Shown: positions 10,273 through 21,705, numbered from the stretch's first letter. The stretch: 64,000 nucleotides of DNA from Ignisphaera sp. (GCA_038889075.1 JAWAHS010000001.1:64001-128000); one strand, 5' to 3'. The notes: generated by a model not told the origin, from the letters alone. Translations and numbers: made by a program.

Positions 10273-10396
10273 ACTTACGATGCCCTGCAATTGTTCTGCT
10301 GCAACCTTTTCACATCTACTAAAATCTATCTTTTACAGCTTTAAAAATGTAAACTATATATTCCGTAGTATTTCTACTATAATACTTGCTACTACA

Positions 10397-11206
10397 TTAT
10401 TTTAGAGGAAAGTATGCCTCAGCTTCATATATTTGTTTGCGTTTTTCATATTCATTTCTATCCATAATAGATTTTGCAGGAATGCCCGCCACTACTGTAT
10501 AGGGTTCAACACTTTTAGTAACAACTGCACCTGCTGCTACTACTGCACCTCTTCCTATCACTATTCCAGCAACAATTGTAGCATTTGCACCTATTATAAC
10601 ATCATCTTCTACCACCGTTTTTACAATTTTTCTACTTGGAGGATATCTATCATTTGTAAACACAGCCCGCGGACCTATAAAAACTCGTGCTCCTATCTCT
10701 ACCTTGGGAGGTATATATACACCTGATTGAATGATAGTACTAGATCCTATACGAACCTCACCATCAATGATAGTGCCCGTGCCTATTCTGCAGGAATCTT
10801 CCACTATAGTGTTTTCCCTAATTACTACACCATGACCTAATTCGACACTTTTACCAAGGTTAACACGTTCGTATATTATGGAGTTTCTTCTTATAATGCA
10901 TTCCTCTCCTATGGAACTTCCTTCACTTAGCTCATCTAGTAGAATATCCAAGGACTGGTTAGTACTTCTCTTGACGGCCTCTTTTAATTTACTTCTGATT
11001 GGATAGCCTACTGTGACAAAGTCATCTAAGTAGGTGTTTGACCCAATAGTACTTGGACCAAACAATCTTACATTCGAACCCATGAATAGTAAACCACATA
11101 TCCTGCACTTCTTTCCTACAAATGGAGTCATGGTTGATACCTTCAATTTCGAGATGCTAGTTGGGCTAATAATATTTTTAATTAAGATGGACATTCCATT
11201 TAGCAC
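10397..11206 (-). CDS. Hexapeptide-repeat (left-handed beta-helix) acyltransferase
   Basis: Repeated [LIV]G-x4 hexapeptides, FTNDRYP, IGANATIVAG, VAGIPA; true start probably downstream of 11206. Confidence 0.85.
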   Translation of the reverse strand: MLNGMSILIKNIISPTSISKLKVSTMTPFVGKKCRICGLLFMGSNVRLFGPSTIGSNTYLDDFVTVGYPIRSKLKEAVKRSTNQSLDILLDELSEGSSIGEECIIRRNSIIYERVNLGKSVELGHGVVIRENTIVEDSCRIGTGTIIDGEVRIGSSTIIQSGVYIPPKVEIGARVFIGPRAVFTNDRYPPSRKIVKTVVEDDVIIGANATIVAGIVIGRGAVVAAGAVVTKSVEPYTVVAGIPAKSIMDRNEYEKRKQIYEAEAYFPLK

Positions 11207-11445
11207 ATTCTTCGTCGCTAGGAGTAACCAATCGACTTTAAATATATCCCACTTAAAGGCTGCGGTACAGTGCTATGTAATTGCATAATTTTGCATTGAA
11301 TGAGTTAGGTACATAGAGATCTATAAGCTTTCCATAATTCTATTACTAGATAGTTTTATATGATTAAACTTGTTAAAAAAGAAGAGTTTTTAAACGCGAA
11401 AATAGTTCCTGCAAATGTAGAATGTAGGTGAGGTGTATTACATCA

Positions 11446-14298
11446 ATGCCCAAGAAGTATGTATATCAATTTGAAGAAGCAGATGAGCATAACAAGAAGC
11501 TCTTTGGAGGTAAGGGTGTAAGTCTAATACAAATGTCTAAGTTAGGACTACCAGTGCCACCTGGATTCATAATAACCACAGAGACGTGTGTAGACTTCTA
11601 CTCGAGTAGAAAGGGGGAGATAGATGCTCTGGAGGCGGAACTGAACAAGAATCCACCACCAGAGGTTAGGGACAAAATTATTGAAAGGATATGGAGTATA
11701 ATAGATTCATTACAGTTTCCAGCTGGATTATGGGATGAAGTAGTTACCAATGTAAGAATACTTGAACAGAAAACGGGGAAAAAGTTTGGTGATCCTAACA
11801 ATCCATTACTGGTTTCAGTAAGAAGTGGTGCACCTATTTCAATGCCAGGAATGATGGATACTGTTCTTAATCTAGGGTTGAACGATAAAGTTGTTACAGG
11901 TTTAGCTAAATTAGCAGACAACGAATGGTTTGCATATGACGCTTATAGAAGATTTATAAATATGTTCGGTAAGATAGTTCTTGGAATAGAGGATAAATAC
12001 TTCAATGTAGTATTTGAAGAGCTTAATGAAAAATATAAGAAGGAAGCTGAAGAGAGGTTTTCTGATGAAATTAGGAAAATAAGGGAGAAGATACCTATAT
12101 ATGTGCCGAGATTAGATGCCCAACCACCAAAGGAGTTAGCACCGAGACTATGGCAGAGATCTGTAGAGTACCTTAAGGAATTGGTGAATATGTATAAAGA
12201 GGTTATTAGGAGGCACTGGGGAGAATTTCCACAAGATCCATGGAAGCAACTCGAATTAGCAATAAAAGCTGTCTTTAGATCCTGGATGAATCCTAGGGCA
12301 ATATACTATAGAATAATGAATAAGGTGACGCCGGAGGTAGCGCACTGTACGGCGGTAAATGTTGTTACTATGGTATTTGGAAATATGGGATGGGATAGCG
12401 GTACGGGGGTTGTATTTAGCCGTGATGTTGCTACAGGGGAAAATGTGCTCTATGGAGAGTACCTCCCTAATGCACAAGGGGAAGATGTTGTAGCTGGTAT
12501 AAGAACACCATTGCCGGTGGCGTCGTTAAAGGATGTATCTCAAAAACTCTATGAAGAGATAGAAAGGGCATCCAAATTACTTGAAAAAGTCAATAAGGAT
12601 GTACAGGATATAGAATTCACAGTAGAGAAGGGTAAGCTCTATTTCTTACAGTGTAGAGATGCTAAGATGACACCGTTAGCTAGAATTAAGACTGTTGTAG
12701 ACATGGCTAAGGAAGGTATACTGACTAAAGAAGAGGCCGTCCTTAAGGTTAGTCCAGAGCACGTTATTCAACTTTTATATCCAAGGATAGATCCAAAGGC
12801 TAAAGTTACACCATTAGCAAAAGGATTACCAGCATCACCTGGTGCAGTAAGTGGGCAGGTGGTATTCCACCCAGATGATGCTGTTAGGTGGGCTAAGGAT
12901 GGTAAGAAGGTAATATTAGTAAGGATAGAAACAAAGCCGGATGATGTTCACGGATTCTATGCAGCCATAGGAATTCTAACTAGTAGAGGGGGGATGACAA
13001 GCCATGCGGCTGTGGTTGCTAGGGCCATAGGTAAGACTGCTGTAGTCGGTGCAGAGGCTATAGAAGTACATGAGGAGGAGAAATACTTTAAGGTGGGCAA
13101 TGTTATTGTAAAGGAGGGTGATTGGATAACAATAGATGGAAATACGGGTAACGTGTATACCGGAGTAGTTCCAACAATTGAGGCTGGATTAATCCCAGAG
13201 CTAGAGGAGCTATTAAGTTGGGCCGATTCAATTAGAAAATTGGGAGTAAGAGCAAATGCCGACGTACCTACAGATGCTGAAATAGCTTTGAAATTTGGTG
13301 CCGAGGGTATAGGTCTACTGCGTATTGAGAGAATGTTTAGAAAGCCAGAAAGGCTTGAGCTTTTACGTAAGGTTATATTAGCCGAAACTGCTGAAGAGAG
13401 AAGTAAGCACCTAAAACCCTTATCTGAAATGATAAAGCAGGACTTCAAGGAAATCTTTAGAATAATGGATGGAAAACCAGTTATAGTTAGACTCATTGAT
13501 CCACCGCTCCATGAATTTTTACCGAAGCCTGAGGAAATACTGAGAGAGATATATGAGCTTAGGATAAAGGGAGCTTCGGAGGACCTTATTAAGGAGAAGG
13601 AATGGCTTTATAAGAGGGTATCAATACTACAAGAGGCCAATCCAATGTTGGGTCACAGAGGTGTTAGAGTAGGTGTTACATATCCAGAATTCTACTACTA
13701 CTTAACATTGGCAATATTAGAAGCTACAGCAGAACTAAAGAAGGAAGGCTATAATCCGGTTGTAGAAATAATGATTCCACAAGTATCAGATGTAAATGAA
13801 ATTAGGTATGTTAAACAGAAGGCTATACTACCAGTACTAGAGGATGTAGAGAAGAAATTTGGTATGAAGTTAGATATAAAGATAGGCACCATGGTAGAGA
13901 CTGTAAGGGCGTGTCTAACAATGAATGAAATAGCGAAAGAGGTTGACTTCATAAGCTTTGGAACAAATGATCTAACCCAGGCGGCGTTTAGCTTCAGTAG
14001 AGATGATGCAGAGAATAAGTTCCTACCATTCTATCTACAGGAGAAGGTGCTACCAGCCAATCCGTTTGAAACCATAGATGTAAAAGGTGTTGGAAAATTA
14101 ATTGAGATTGCAGTCAATATGGCAAGGGAAAACAATCCAAAGATAGAAATCGGTATCTGTGGAGAGCATGGAGGTGATCCAACATCCATACTGTTCTTAC
14201 ATAGAGTAGGTTTAGACTATGTAAGTGCATCACCATTTAGAGTACCTGTTGCAAGATTAGCTGCAGCACAAGCGACCCTCAAAAACAAATTTAAGTAA
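11446..14298 (+). CDS. ppdK: Pyruvate,phosphate dikinase
   Basis: GGKG, LPVPPGF, SVRSGAPISMPGMMDT, NAQGEDVVAG, phospho-His GGMTSHAA, SFGTNDL, GICGEHGGDP; GAGGTG RBS before ATG 11446. Confidence 0.96.
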   Translation: MPKKYVYQFEEADEHNKKLFGGKGVSLIQMSKLGLPVPPGFIITTETCVDFYSSRKGEIDALEAELNKNPPPEVRDKIIERIWSIIDSLQFPAGLWDEVVTNVRILEQKTGKKFGDPNNPLLVSVRSGAPISMPGMMDTVLNLGLNDKVVTGLAKLADNEWFAYDAYRRFINMFGKIVLGIEDKYFNVVFEELNEKYKKEAEERFSDEIRKIREKIPIYVPRLDAQPPKELAPRLWQRSVEYLKELVNMYKEVIRRHWGEFPQDPWKQLELAIKAVFRSWMNPRAIYYRIMNKVTPEVAHCTAVNVVTMVFGNMGWDSGTGVVFSRDVATGENVLYGEYLPNAQGEDVVAGIRTPLPVASLKDVSQKLYEEIERASKLLEKVNKDVQDIEFTVEKGKLYFLQCRDAKMTPLARIKTVVDMAKEGILTKEEAVLKVSPEHVIQLLYPRIDPKAKVTPLAKGLPASPGAVSGQVVFHPDDAVRWAKDGKKVILVRIETKPDDVHGFYAAIGILTSRGGMTSHAAVVARAIGKTAVVGAEAIEVHEEEKYFKVGNVIVKEGDWITIDGNTGNVYTGVVPTIEAGLIPELEELLSWADSIRKLGVRANADVPTDAEIALKFGAEGIGLLRIERMFRKPERLELLRKVILAETAEERSKHLKPLSEMIKQDFKEIFRIMDGKPVIVRLIDPPLHEFLPKPEEILREIYELRIKGASEDLIKEKEWLYKRVSILQEANPMLGHRGVRVGVTYPEFYYYLTLAILEATAELKKEGYNPVVEIMIPQVSDVNEIRYVKQKAILPVLEDVEKKFGMKLDIKIGTMVETVRACLTMNEIAKEVDFISFGTNDLTQAAFSFSRDDAENKFLPFYLQEKVLPANPFETIDVKGVGKLIEIAVNMARENNPKIEIGICGEHGGDPTSILFLHRVGLDYVSASPFRVPVARLAAAQATLKNKFK

Positions 14299-14406
14299 AT
14301 CGAAGAATGCTATTTTTTAATCAGTTTAAACCATTTTTACTTAGCAAAGACTTATATTCTGTCAGACAAGAGTAGTATAAAGCATATTGGTTGTAAGTGA
14401 CCATTT

Positions 14407-16620
14407 ATGCCAGATAATAAGGAGATGACTCTCAGAGTCGAATCTGCAAGACAAAGGGATGTTGGTAAAAAGATTGCAAGAGTTCCTAGGAAGGTATTCA
14501 AAGGACTTGAGATAGAGGTGGGAGATTATATTGAAATTAAAAGTGCTAGGGGTGTTACTGTGGCACAGGCTTGGCCTGCCTATCCAGAGGATGAAGGGTA
14601 TGAAATTATAAGAATTGACGGTTTTATGAGAGAGGTCTTAAGCGTAGGTGTCGGAGACGTCGTATATGTTAGGAAAGCTAATGCAGTTCCAGCACAGAGG
14701 GTTATTCTCGCCTTTACCGAGGGAGATTTCTTCGGTGCTGATTATGATCCCAGATACAAGGAATATTATGCAAAGAACCTCGCTCAGTACATTAAGCGGG
14801 AACTCATTCAAAAACCTTTGATAAGGGGAGATATAGTTGTTGTATCTTATTTTGGCTACTTCGGCAATCCAATAAGATTAAGGGTCATATCTACAACACC
14901 ATCACAAATAGTATATGTTACAGAGGCTACAGACATTATTATAAGGACTGAACTGGTTAGAGGAGCACCTACAGGAGTCCCAAGAGTGACATGGGAGGAT
15001 ATAGGCGATCTTGAGGAGGTTAAAGAAAAGATTAGAGAGATTGTTGAGTTACCCCTCAAACATCCTGAGCTATTTGATAGGCTTGGTATAGAGCCTCCTA
15101 AAGGCATACTGCTATACGGTCCACCAGGGGTTGGTAAGACCCTTCTGGCAAAGGCTCTAGCCAATGAGACCGGAGCGTATTTCATAGCCATAAATGGACC
15201 TGAGATAATGTCGAAATATTATGGTGAATCGGAACAGAGGTTGCGACAAATATTTGATGAAGCTAGAAAGAATGCTCCAGCTATAATATTTATAGATGAG
15301 ATTGATGCCATTGCACCTAAGAGAGAGGAGGTCGTGGGGGAGGTAGAAAAACGAGTTGTTGCTCAGCTTTTGTCTCTAATGGATGGTCTTGAGGAAAGAG
15401 GAAGGGTTGTTGTTATTGGGGCTACGAATAGGCCTGATGCTCTGGATCCCGCTTTGAGAAGACCTGGTAGATTTGATAGAGAGATAGAGGTTCCACCACC
15501 TGATAAGAGGGCTAGAAGGGAAATACTATCTGTACACACAAGAAATGTACCCTTGGCAGAGGATATAGATCTAGATAAGCTAGCCGAAATGACGTATGGA
15601 TACACAGGTGCAGATCTAGCAGCACTAGTAAAAGAAGCTGCCATGAACGCTCTCAGAAGATTTCTGAAAGAACATGCGATAGATCTAGATAAACCCATAC
15701 CATCTGAGTTATTACAGAAATTGAAAGTGACAATGGGCGACTTCTTAAATGCTATGCGCAATGTTGCACCCTCTCTAATGAGGGAGGTATTAATTGAGGT
15801 TCCAGAAGTTCATTGGGATGATATAGGCGGTCTCGAGAATGTCAAACAGCAGCTTAGAGAAGCAGTTGAATGGCCACTCAAATATCCTGGTATGTTTGAA
15901 CAGATGGGGATAAGAGCGCCAAAGGGAGTCCTCCTATACGGTCCCCCGGGTTGCGGTAAAACATTGTTAGCAAAGGCAGCAGCAACAGAAAGTGGAGCCA
16001 ATTTCATAGCTGTTAAAGGACCTGAGATACTTAGTAAATGGGTCGGCGAATCAGAGAAGGCAGTTCGTGAAATATTTAGACGAGCTAGGAGGGCAGCTCC
16101 AGCCATAGTATTCTTTGATGAGATTGATGCTATCGCTCCAGTGAGAGGACACGATGTTTCTGGAGTAACCGATAGAATTGTAAATCAACTTCTAACAGAG
16201 ATGGATGGTATAGAACCTCTACGGGGGGTTGTTGTTATTGGGGCTACGAATAGGCCTGATTTACTCGATTCTGCTCTTCTTAGACCTGGTAGATTTGATA
16301 GAATTATATTTGTTCCACCACCTGATTTAAAAGCACGCTATGAGATTCTGAAGATACATACTAGAAAAATACCACTCTCTGACGATGTTGATTTGATTCA
16401 ACTAGCTAAAACTACAGAGGGATATAGTGGGGCCGATTTAGAGGCACTAGTTAGAGAGGCAGTGATGCTTGCATTAAGAGAGGATATGTCACCCCGTCCC
16501 ATACCATACAAATACTTCCAGAAGGCCATGGAGTATGTAAAACCAAGTCTTACTAGGGAGAGATTAGAAGCTTATGAAAGAGTCCACGAGGAGCTAACGA
16601 GAAGAATGCTATACATGTAG
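14407..16620 (+). CDS. cdc48: CDC48/p97/VAT AAA+ ATPase
   Basis: N domain plus two AAA modules ([16 protein letters not shown]; DEID; RPGRFDR); HbYX-like LYM C-terminus. Confidence 0.96.
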   Translation: MPDNKEMTLRVESARQRDVGKKIARVPRKVFKGLEIEVGDYIEIKSARGVTVAQAWPAYPEDEGYEIIRIDGFMREVLSVGVGDVVYVRKANAVPAQRVILAFTEGDFFGADYDPRYKEYYAKNLAQYIKRELIQKPLIRGDIVVVSYFGYFGNPIRLRVISTTPSQIVYVTEATDIIIRTELVRGAPTGVPRVTWEDIGDLEEVKEKIREIVELPLKHPELFDRLGIEPPKGILLYGPPGVGKTLLAKALANETGAYFIAINGPEIMSKYYGESEQRLRQIFDEARKNAPAIIFIDEIDAIAPKREEVVGEVEKRVVAQLLSLMDGLEERGRVVVIGATNRPDALDPALRRPGRFDREIEVPPPDKRARREILSVHTRNVPLAEDIDLDKLAEMTYGYTGADLAALVKEAAMNALRRFLKEHAIDLDKPIPSELLQKLKVTMGDFLNAMRNVAPSLMREVLIEVPEVHWDDIGGLENVKQQLREAVEWPLKYPGMFEQMGIRAPKGVLLYGPPGCGKTLLAKAAATESGANFIAVKGPEILSKWVGESEKAVREIFRRARRAAPAIVFFDEIDAIAPVRGHDVSGVTDRIVNQLLTEMDGIEPLRGVVVIGATNRPDLLDSALLRPGRFDRIIFVPPPDLKARYEILKIHTRKIPLSDDVDLIQLAKTTEGYSGADLEALVREAVMLALREDMSPRPIPYKYFQKAMEYVKPSLTRERLEAYERVHEELTRRMLYM
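15404..16326 (+). repeat. Intragenic direct repeat between cdc48 D1 and D2 (exact 35+21+15 nt blocks, offset 822)
   Basis: 15404-15438=16226-16260, 15460-15480=16282-16302, 15490-15504=16312-16326. Confidence 0.9.
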
Positions 16621-16658
16621 ACATAATTCAACGCATAGTATTTAATAGTGGTAAATGG

Positions 16659-19160
16659 ATGAAGAAAAATACAATAAAAATAACAAAAGACGATATCATC
16701 CACTATGTAAAAATAGATACGTATGTAAAATTTAAAAGCAAAGTAGTACAAGAATTGAGAAATGCTTTGAATAATAATCACAGACTTCTCATAATATTAT
16801 CAGGTGATGATCACAAGAAAATCTCCTTACAAGTTGCGGATCTAATCATATCGTTTATACATAGAATTACTAAATACAAAGATATAGTTAGAATTTTATA
16901 TGTACACCACGATGAGTTCTCAGATGCTGTATTAAGAAGGAAAATAATCAATCGAATTGTTAATAGATATCTAAAAAATAAGAAAATTAATGCTAAGCTA
17001 GATATATCAGTATACGAGAATTCAGAAAAATTTCTGGGGACTACATATCAAGCTCTCATACTAGATCTAGTGAATAGTTTACGACCTATTGATATAGGAA
17101 GACTTGTTGGCATTGTTGAAGGTGGCGGTATAGTAATCTTCATTACGCCTAGGTGGAGTGAATGGCCAGATAGAAAGAACCTCTTCCAGATATCCCTAAC
17201 TACACCACAGTATCCAGAGCCTAGGAAAGTATTTATTAGATGGTTTCAATCTGTAACTCTAAATAGTGATGGAGTGTTTATATATGATGTAGATAATGAG
17301 GCAATCATTAAAACAGGTAACATCGTATCTAGACAAGTACGTCAGAGGAATATTGAAATTCCAGAAAAAACACAATTTCCTACAAAGTTATACGAACTTG
17401 CATTAACACAGGATCAAGTTAGAGCTATAAAACTCTTAGAGAACCTGATCACACTACCTAAAAAACCCGCAATTAGAACCTCCATAATATTAATAGCTGA
17501 TAGAGGGAGAGGAAAATCATGTGCTATTGGCATAGGGTTGGTAGGGCTAATTCACAGCCTCATGAATATTAAAAATAAGGTTAGAATAGGTGTTACAGCA
17601 CCAACACTTAACAGTGTCCAGTCGCTTATGACATTGGCTATAAAAGCTCTTGAGACCCTTAATATGAGTTATAATGTTATTAGAAAGGATGGACTAATTC
17701 TGGAAATTAGAGGTGATAAGTTTAGCATAGAATATTGGGAACCAGCAGTACTAAACAAGGTAAATGTTGATATTGCTGTAGTAGATGAAGCCGCTGGTAT
17801 CCCAGTACCGCTACTTCATAGTATTTGGCTAAACTTTAGAAGGACAATATTTGCAACTACTATACATGGTTATGAAGGTGCCGGAAGAGGCTTTTCAATA
17901 AGATTTATGAAAAGGATTAAGGAGGATAGAGAAACAGATCTATATGTATATGAAATGGAGGAACCAATTAGATATGGTAGAGAGGATCCTGTTGAGAAGT
18001 GGCAATTCAGAGTACTACTACTTGATGCTGAACCAGATGATATAATTGAAGATGATTTAAGATACATAGAGAAGCAGGAATTCAATTATATCGTATTTGA
18101 TCCCTATACCCTCTTTACCATAGAAAATGAAAGGCTTCTACGATCATTATTCGGTATTTATGTTTTAGCACACTATAGAAATGAACCTGACGATCTTGCA
18201 ATGATGGCTGATGCACCACACCATAGTATAAGGGCATTAGCAATACCAAATGGCAAAATAATTGCAGCTGCTCAATTAGCTGAGGAAGGACCAATACCCA
18301 ATGATTATATAGATTCATTAATAAGAGGGGGCAAGATACCAGGTAATATCATACCCGATAGATTATTAAAACATGGAAGAATCGTGGAGGTTGGCTATGG
18401 AAAAGGATGGCGAATTGTAAGAATAGCGGTGCATCCTGATATTCAAGGTAGAGGAATAGGTACATATCTTTTAGAAAAACTTGTTGCTGAGGCTAAGAAT
18501 AGAGGCTATGACTGGATAGGAAGCGGATTTGGCGTTACGGAAAAGTTACTGAATTTTTGGATAAAAAATGGTTTTATACCGTTGCATATCTCACCAGATA
18601 GAAATCCCGTTAGTGCAGAGTACACAGTCTTAGTAATTAAACCATTGAGTGATATGTGGAAAGACATAGTCGAAATTCTCAATAAAGAATTTAGGATTAA
18701 GATAATTGAAAGCGCTCATGATACGTATAGAGATTTGGAAGCTGAGGTGGCACGAATGCTTTTAAATTCATATGAAGAACAAAATAGAGTAGATAGATGT
18801 ACTGCCCCTAATTTAACTCCAATACAGCTAGAAAGAATAGCAAGTTATGTTGAGGGTTATATGACATACGAGTCGTGTAGCGATGTTATTGCAATATTAA
18901 TTAAACACTACTGGAAGAATATAGAGGGCTGTAGAGCTTTAGATACTAATGAAGAGATCATTACCATACTCAAAACGCTTCAGGGTCATTCATGGGATAC
19001 CGTAGCCCGTATCCTTGGAGTTAAAAAGCAGAAGTTGTTAGATGATATGAAAAAAACGATATCAAAGCTACTAAATAGATATTTTTCAATATCAGAAGAG
19101 AATATAGATAAAATGTTAGGGAAAACTTCAATAAGATTATATGTGGAAAAGATTTTATAG
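16659..19160 (+). CDS. tmcA: RNA cytidine acetyltransferase TmcA/Nat10 (ac4C)
   Basis: ADRGRGKS, VDEAAGIP, TTIHGYEGAGRGF, AHYRNEPDDL, GNAT RIAVHPDIQGRGIG. Confidence 0.95.
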   Translation: MKKNTIKITKDDIIHYVKIDTYVKFKSKVVQELRNALNNNHRLLIILSGDDHKKISLQVADLIISFIHRITKYKDIVRILYVHHDEFSDAVLRRKIINRIVNRYLKNKKINAKLDISVYENSEKFLGTTYQALILDLVNSLRPIDIGRLVGIVEGGGIVIFITPRWSEWPDRKNLFQISLTTPQYPEPRKVFIRWFQSVTLNSDGVFIYDVDNEAIIKTGNIVSRQVRQRNIEIPEKTQFPTKLYELALTQDQVRAIKLLENLITLPKKPAIRTSIILIADRGRGKSCAIGIGLVGLIHSLMNIKNKVRIGVTAPTLNSVQSLMTLAIKALETLNMSYNVIRKDGLILEIRGDKFSIEYWEPAVLNKVNVDIAVVDEAAGIPVPLLHSIWLNFRRTIFATTIHGYEGAGRGFSIRFMKRIKEDRETDLYVYEMEEPIRYGREDPVEKWQFRVLLLDAEPDDIIEDDLRYIEKQEFNYIVFDPYTLFTIENERLLRSLFGIYVLAHYRNEPDDLAMMADAPHHSIRALAIPNGKIIAAAQLAEEGPIPNDYIDSLIRGGKIPGNIIPDRLLKHGRIVEVGYGKGWRIVRIAVHPDIQGRGIGTYLLEKLVAEAKNRGYDWIGSGFGVTEKLLNFWIKNGFIPLHISPDRNPVSAEYTVLVIKPLSDMWKDIVEILNKEFRIKIIESAHDTYRDLEAEVARMLLNSYEEQNRVDRCTAPNLTPIQLERIASYVEGYMTYESCSDVIAILIKHYWKNIEGCRALDTNEEIITILKTLQGHSWDTVARILGVKKQKLLDDMKKTISKLLNRYFSISEENIDKMLGKTSIRLYVEKIL

Positions 19161-19193
19161 GGGTAAAATATAAAACATATTGGGCTACATGTA

Positions 19194-19595
19194 ATGAAAG
19201 TGGGATGGGCTGAAGTAGTAAAAAGATTGAATGAAGAAGCTCAAAACATATATATGGAATGCTCCAGTTGTACTTCATCAGAACAGTGTATAGCACTGTT
19301 ACCCATAACTACCCCTATCAGTATTACCAACCTCAATAGCTGCTGTTCATGTCTACTAAATCACATCTTAGATACAATTCCAAATATAAGTAGGATGTAC
19401 TTGCAGTCCAAAACATCCAACGAATACACAATAATATATGTATTAGGCGATGTAATTGTAGAGACGTCAGAAGACAGTACATTAGTGATACCAGTAGATA
19501 AGGTTCATGAATTTTTAGAAATTTTAAAAGAATTGGATAGCGAGACTGCGTCTTCTGTAGTTAAGTGGCTGGAAAATGAGGGCTTAAGAATCTAA
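19194..19595 (+). CDS. Cys-rich hypothetical protein
   Basis: 133-aa ORF with CSSC..C and CCSC motifs. Confidence 0.55.
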   Translation: MKVGWAEVVKRLNEEAQNIYMECSSCTSSEQCIALLPITTPISITNLNSCCSCLLNHILDTIPNISRMYLQSKTSNEYTIIYVLGDVIVETSEDSTLVIPVDKVHEFLEILKELDSETASSVVKWLENEGLRI

Positions 19596-19609
19596 AATCG
19601 CCATAGCAT

Positions 19610-20302
19610 TTATAGTGTATTGAGGTTTACATTAATATTTCCCCTACCATCTATATCTATGGTACTGTAGAATCCTTTTGCCAGCGGACCAGGATTTATG
19701 ATTATAGTTCTATCTATTCTATCAATACAGCGAGATTCGTGTACATGTCCGCATAAAGCTAGCGTAGGTTTCGTATATTCGATAAAACTTCTAATGGCTT
19801 TTGAACCAATGTGATTACCGCTAAAAATTCTATCACATGCAGTATTGTATGGTGGTGCATGAGTTACTAAGATATAAAATTCATTATCTAGAGTAGTTTT
19901 ACCTTTGCACTTTGTATACACAGACTGAAGAGCACGATAAATGTCTTCTTCAGAATATTCAAGTATAGTATTGAATGGTGTTATGGTAGATCCTCCGAAG
20001 CCTATGAATAGCACATCTTTTATCCTCTCACATTCTTCATGGATATATATAAATGTCGGATCCTCTAATTGTTTATAATGATTTATGTAATCTACGTTAC
20101 CTGGTACGGCTACTACATAGCCTATATTAAAGTTCTTTGCAATTGATAGAAGTCTTTTTAAAGAATTCAGTGTTTCAAGGTGGTTACGATACGGTGCTAT
20201 ATCGCCGGAAAATACTATTACTTCGACATCATTTTCTCTAGCTAGAACTTCTCTGAGTCTATCTACGTAACCATGTATATCACTTATTGCTATAAGCTTC
20301 AA
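19610..20302 (-). CDS. Calcineurin-like metallophosphoesterase
   Basis: SDIHG, GDI, GNVD, THAPP, GHVHE, NPG motifs. Confidence 0.92.
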   Translation of the reverse strand: MKLIAISDIHGYVDRLREVLARENDVEVIVFSGDIAPYRNHLETLNSLKRLLSIAKNFNIGYVVAVPGNVDYINHYKQLEDPTFIYIHEECERIKDVLFIGFGGSTITPFNTILEYSEEDIYRALQSVYTKCKGKTTLDNEFYILVTHAPPYNTACDRIFSGNHIGSKAIRSFIEYTKPTLALCGHVHESRCIDRIDRTIIINPGPLAKGFYSTIDIDGRGNINVNLNTL

Positions 20303-21249
20303 TCTGCATCGCCTAACTCTACATCACTACTCCTTATGTTAGACTTTAAAATATTGATGCCATTAGCAGGCTCTCTACTATATAATTCTCTTCTACGAGC
20401 CTCTAAAAATCGAGGTTCGATGCCCATAAAATTCGCTGCATTAACTATTCTCTTTCCAGCCTTAATGAAATCTTCTATCACCCTAGAAATTTTATCTAAA
20501 TAGTTCAGCTCTCTACATATGTGGTGATCCAGTATTATAGTTTCTAATTCAGATATTCTTGAAAATAGTCTAAGGAACTGTAAAGATCTTTCAAAACTAT
20601 TCATTGAGTAACTATAATTTAAAAGATAGGTAGGGGGCCCATCAATGATTGCAATTCTAGGAGAACATATTTTAAAAATTTGTAGGTGATCATCTAATGG
20701 CCCACCTTCTATATCAGAAGTAAATAGAATTGCAGAATCTTTATCCTTAATACATAAGGATAGTACATAACCTAATCGATTATTCTCACCGTGTGGTAAT
20801 GGATGAGAAAATAGTATTTGGGTTCTTCCAACATCTATTGCACTGCCATCTGCAATTCTTACTTTCCTAGACCTCTCTTTTACAATCTTCAGAAACCTGT
20901 CAGCTCTCATTTTCTGTGATAAATTGATATAGTGGTGAGGATCCTTAACCAAAAATGTTCTGTTTCGATAGATATCTATATCTATAAATCGACCAGGATC
21001 GTGATGATCATAGTGATAATGTGTTATGATTACATATTCGCTATCCTGAATAAAGGAGCTAATACTTCCAAACACCTCTAATAGTCTTAATGCCTCAATC
21101 TTATGAGGGGGAAGATTATATCTTCTTGGTGCTAGAGCAGCTGACGGATCTATGAATATTGAGGTATCAGATGTTTGTATATATGTGGCTTGTGATCTTA
21201 CACCAAGGCTTTCAAAAGCTATCAACTTTAAGAACATTGATGTACACAC
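20299..21249 (-). CDS. MBL-fold metallo-hydrolase (UPF0282-like)
   Basis: FESLGVRS, THYHYDHH, TSDIEG, IDGPPTY, LDHH. Confidence 0.85.
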   Translation of the reverse strand: MCTSMFLKLIAFESLGVRSQATYIQTSDTSIFIDPSAALAPRRYNLPPHKIEALRLLEVFGSISSFIQDSEYVIITHYHYDHHDPGRFIDIDIYRNRTFLVKDPHHYINLSQKMRADRFLKIVKERSRKVRIADGSAIDVGRTQILFSHPLPHGENNRLGYVLSLCIKDKDSAILFTSDIEGGPLDDHLQIFKICSPRIAIIDGPPTYLLNYSYSMNSFERSLQFLRLFSRISELETIILDHHICRELNYLDKISRVIEDFIKAGKRIVNAANFMGIEPRFLEARRRELYSREPANGINILKSNIRSSDVELGDAD

Positions 21250-21264
21250 AGAAATGTTGTGTAC

Positions 21265-21687
21265 CTAAATTTTTTCGATGACAAATATTGTAGTAGAGCT
21301 TGCTATATCAGTATCTAAACAACGTAGAAAAGTATTGACATGTACAATTCTATCCGATCTACTTGTTATACACGACTCTAATTCTATATCACCAAGTACT
21401 TCAGGTTGCTTTAGAAAGTTTATCGAATGGCTTATAGCCACCAGGAATTCATCATCCTCTATGGTAAGTTTAGCTGCATTCTCAGCAGCAGTAAGTGTTA
21501 GCATTGCAATATAGCTACCATGTATATTCCCATGACTATTGAATAGCTGCGGTGTGGTTTCTAGTACTATATGCATACATTTGTTTTTTCTATCCTCTCT
21601 ATGCTCTCTAATTTTTAGTGCTTCTTTTAAAGATTCTGGAAGAAGGTCTAGGTCGATATCTGAAGATAACACAGTTTCACCCACCAA
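21265..21687 (-). CDS. PaaI-like hotdog-fold thioesterase homolog
   Basis: FNSHGNIHGS, SINFLK; the usual catalytic Asp position appears substituted. Confidence 0.7.
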   Translation of the reverse strand: MVGETVLSSDIDLDLLPESLKEALKIREHREDRKNKCMHIVLETTPQLFNSHGNIHGSYIAMLTLTAAENAAKLTIEDDEFLVAISHSINFLKQPEVLGDIELESCITSRSDRIVHVNTFLRCLDTDIASSTTIFVIEKI

Positions 21688-21705
21688 TTACATGAAGATA
21701 TTAGA

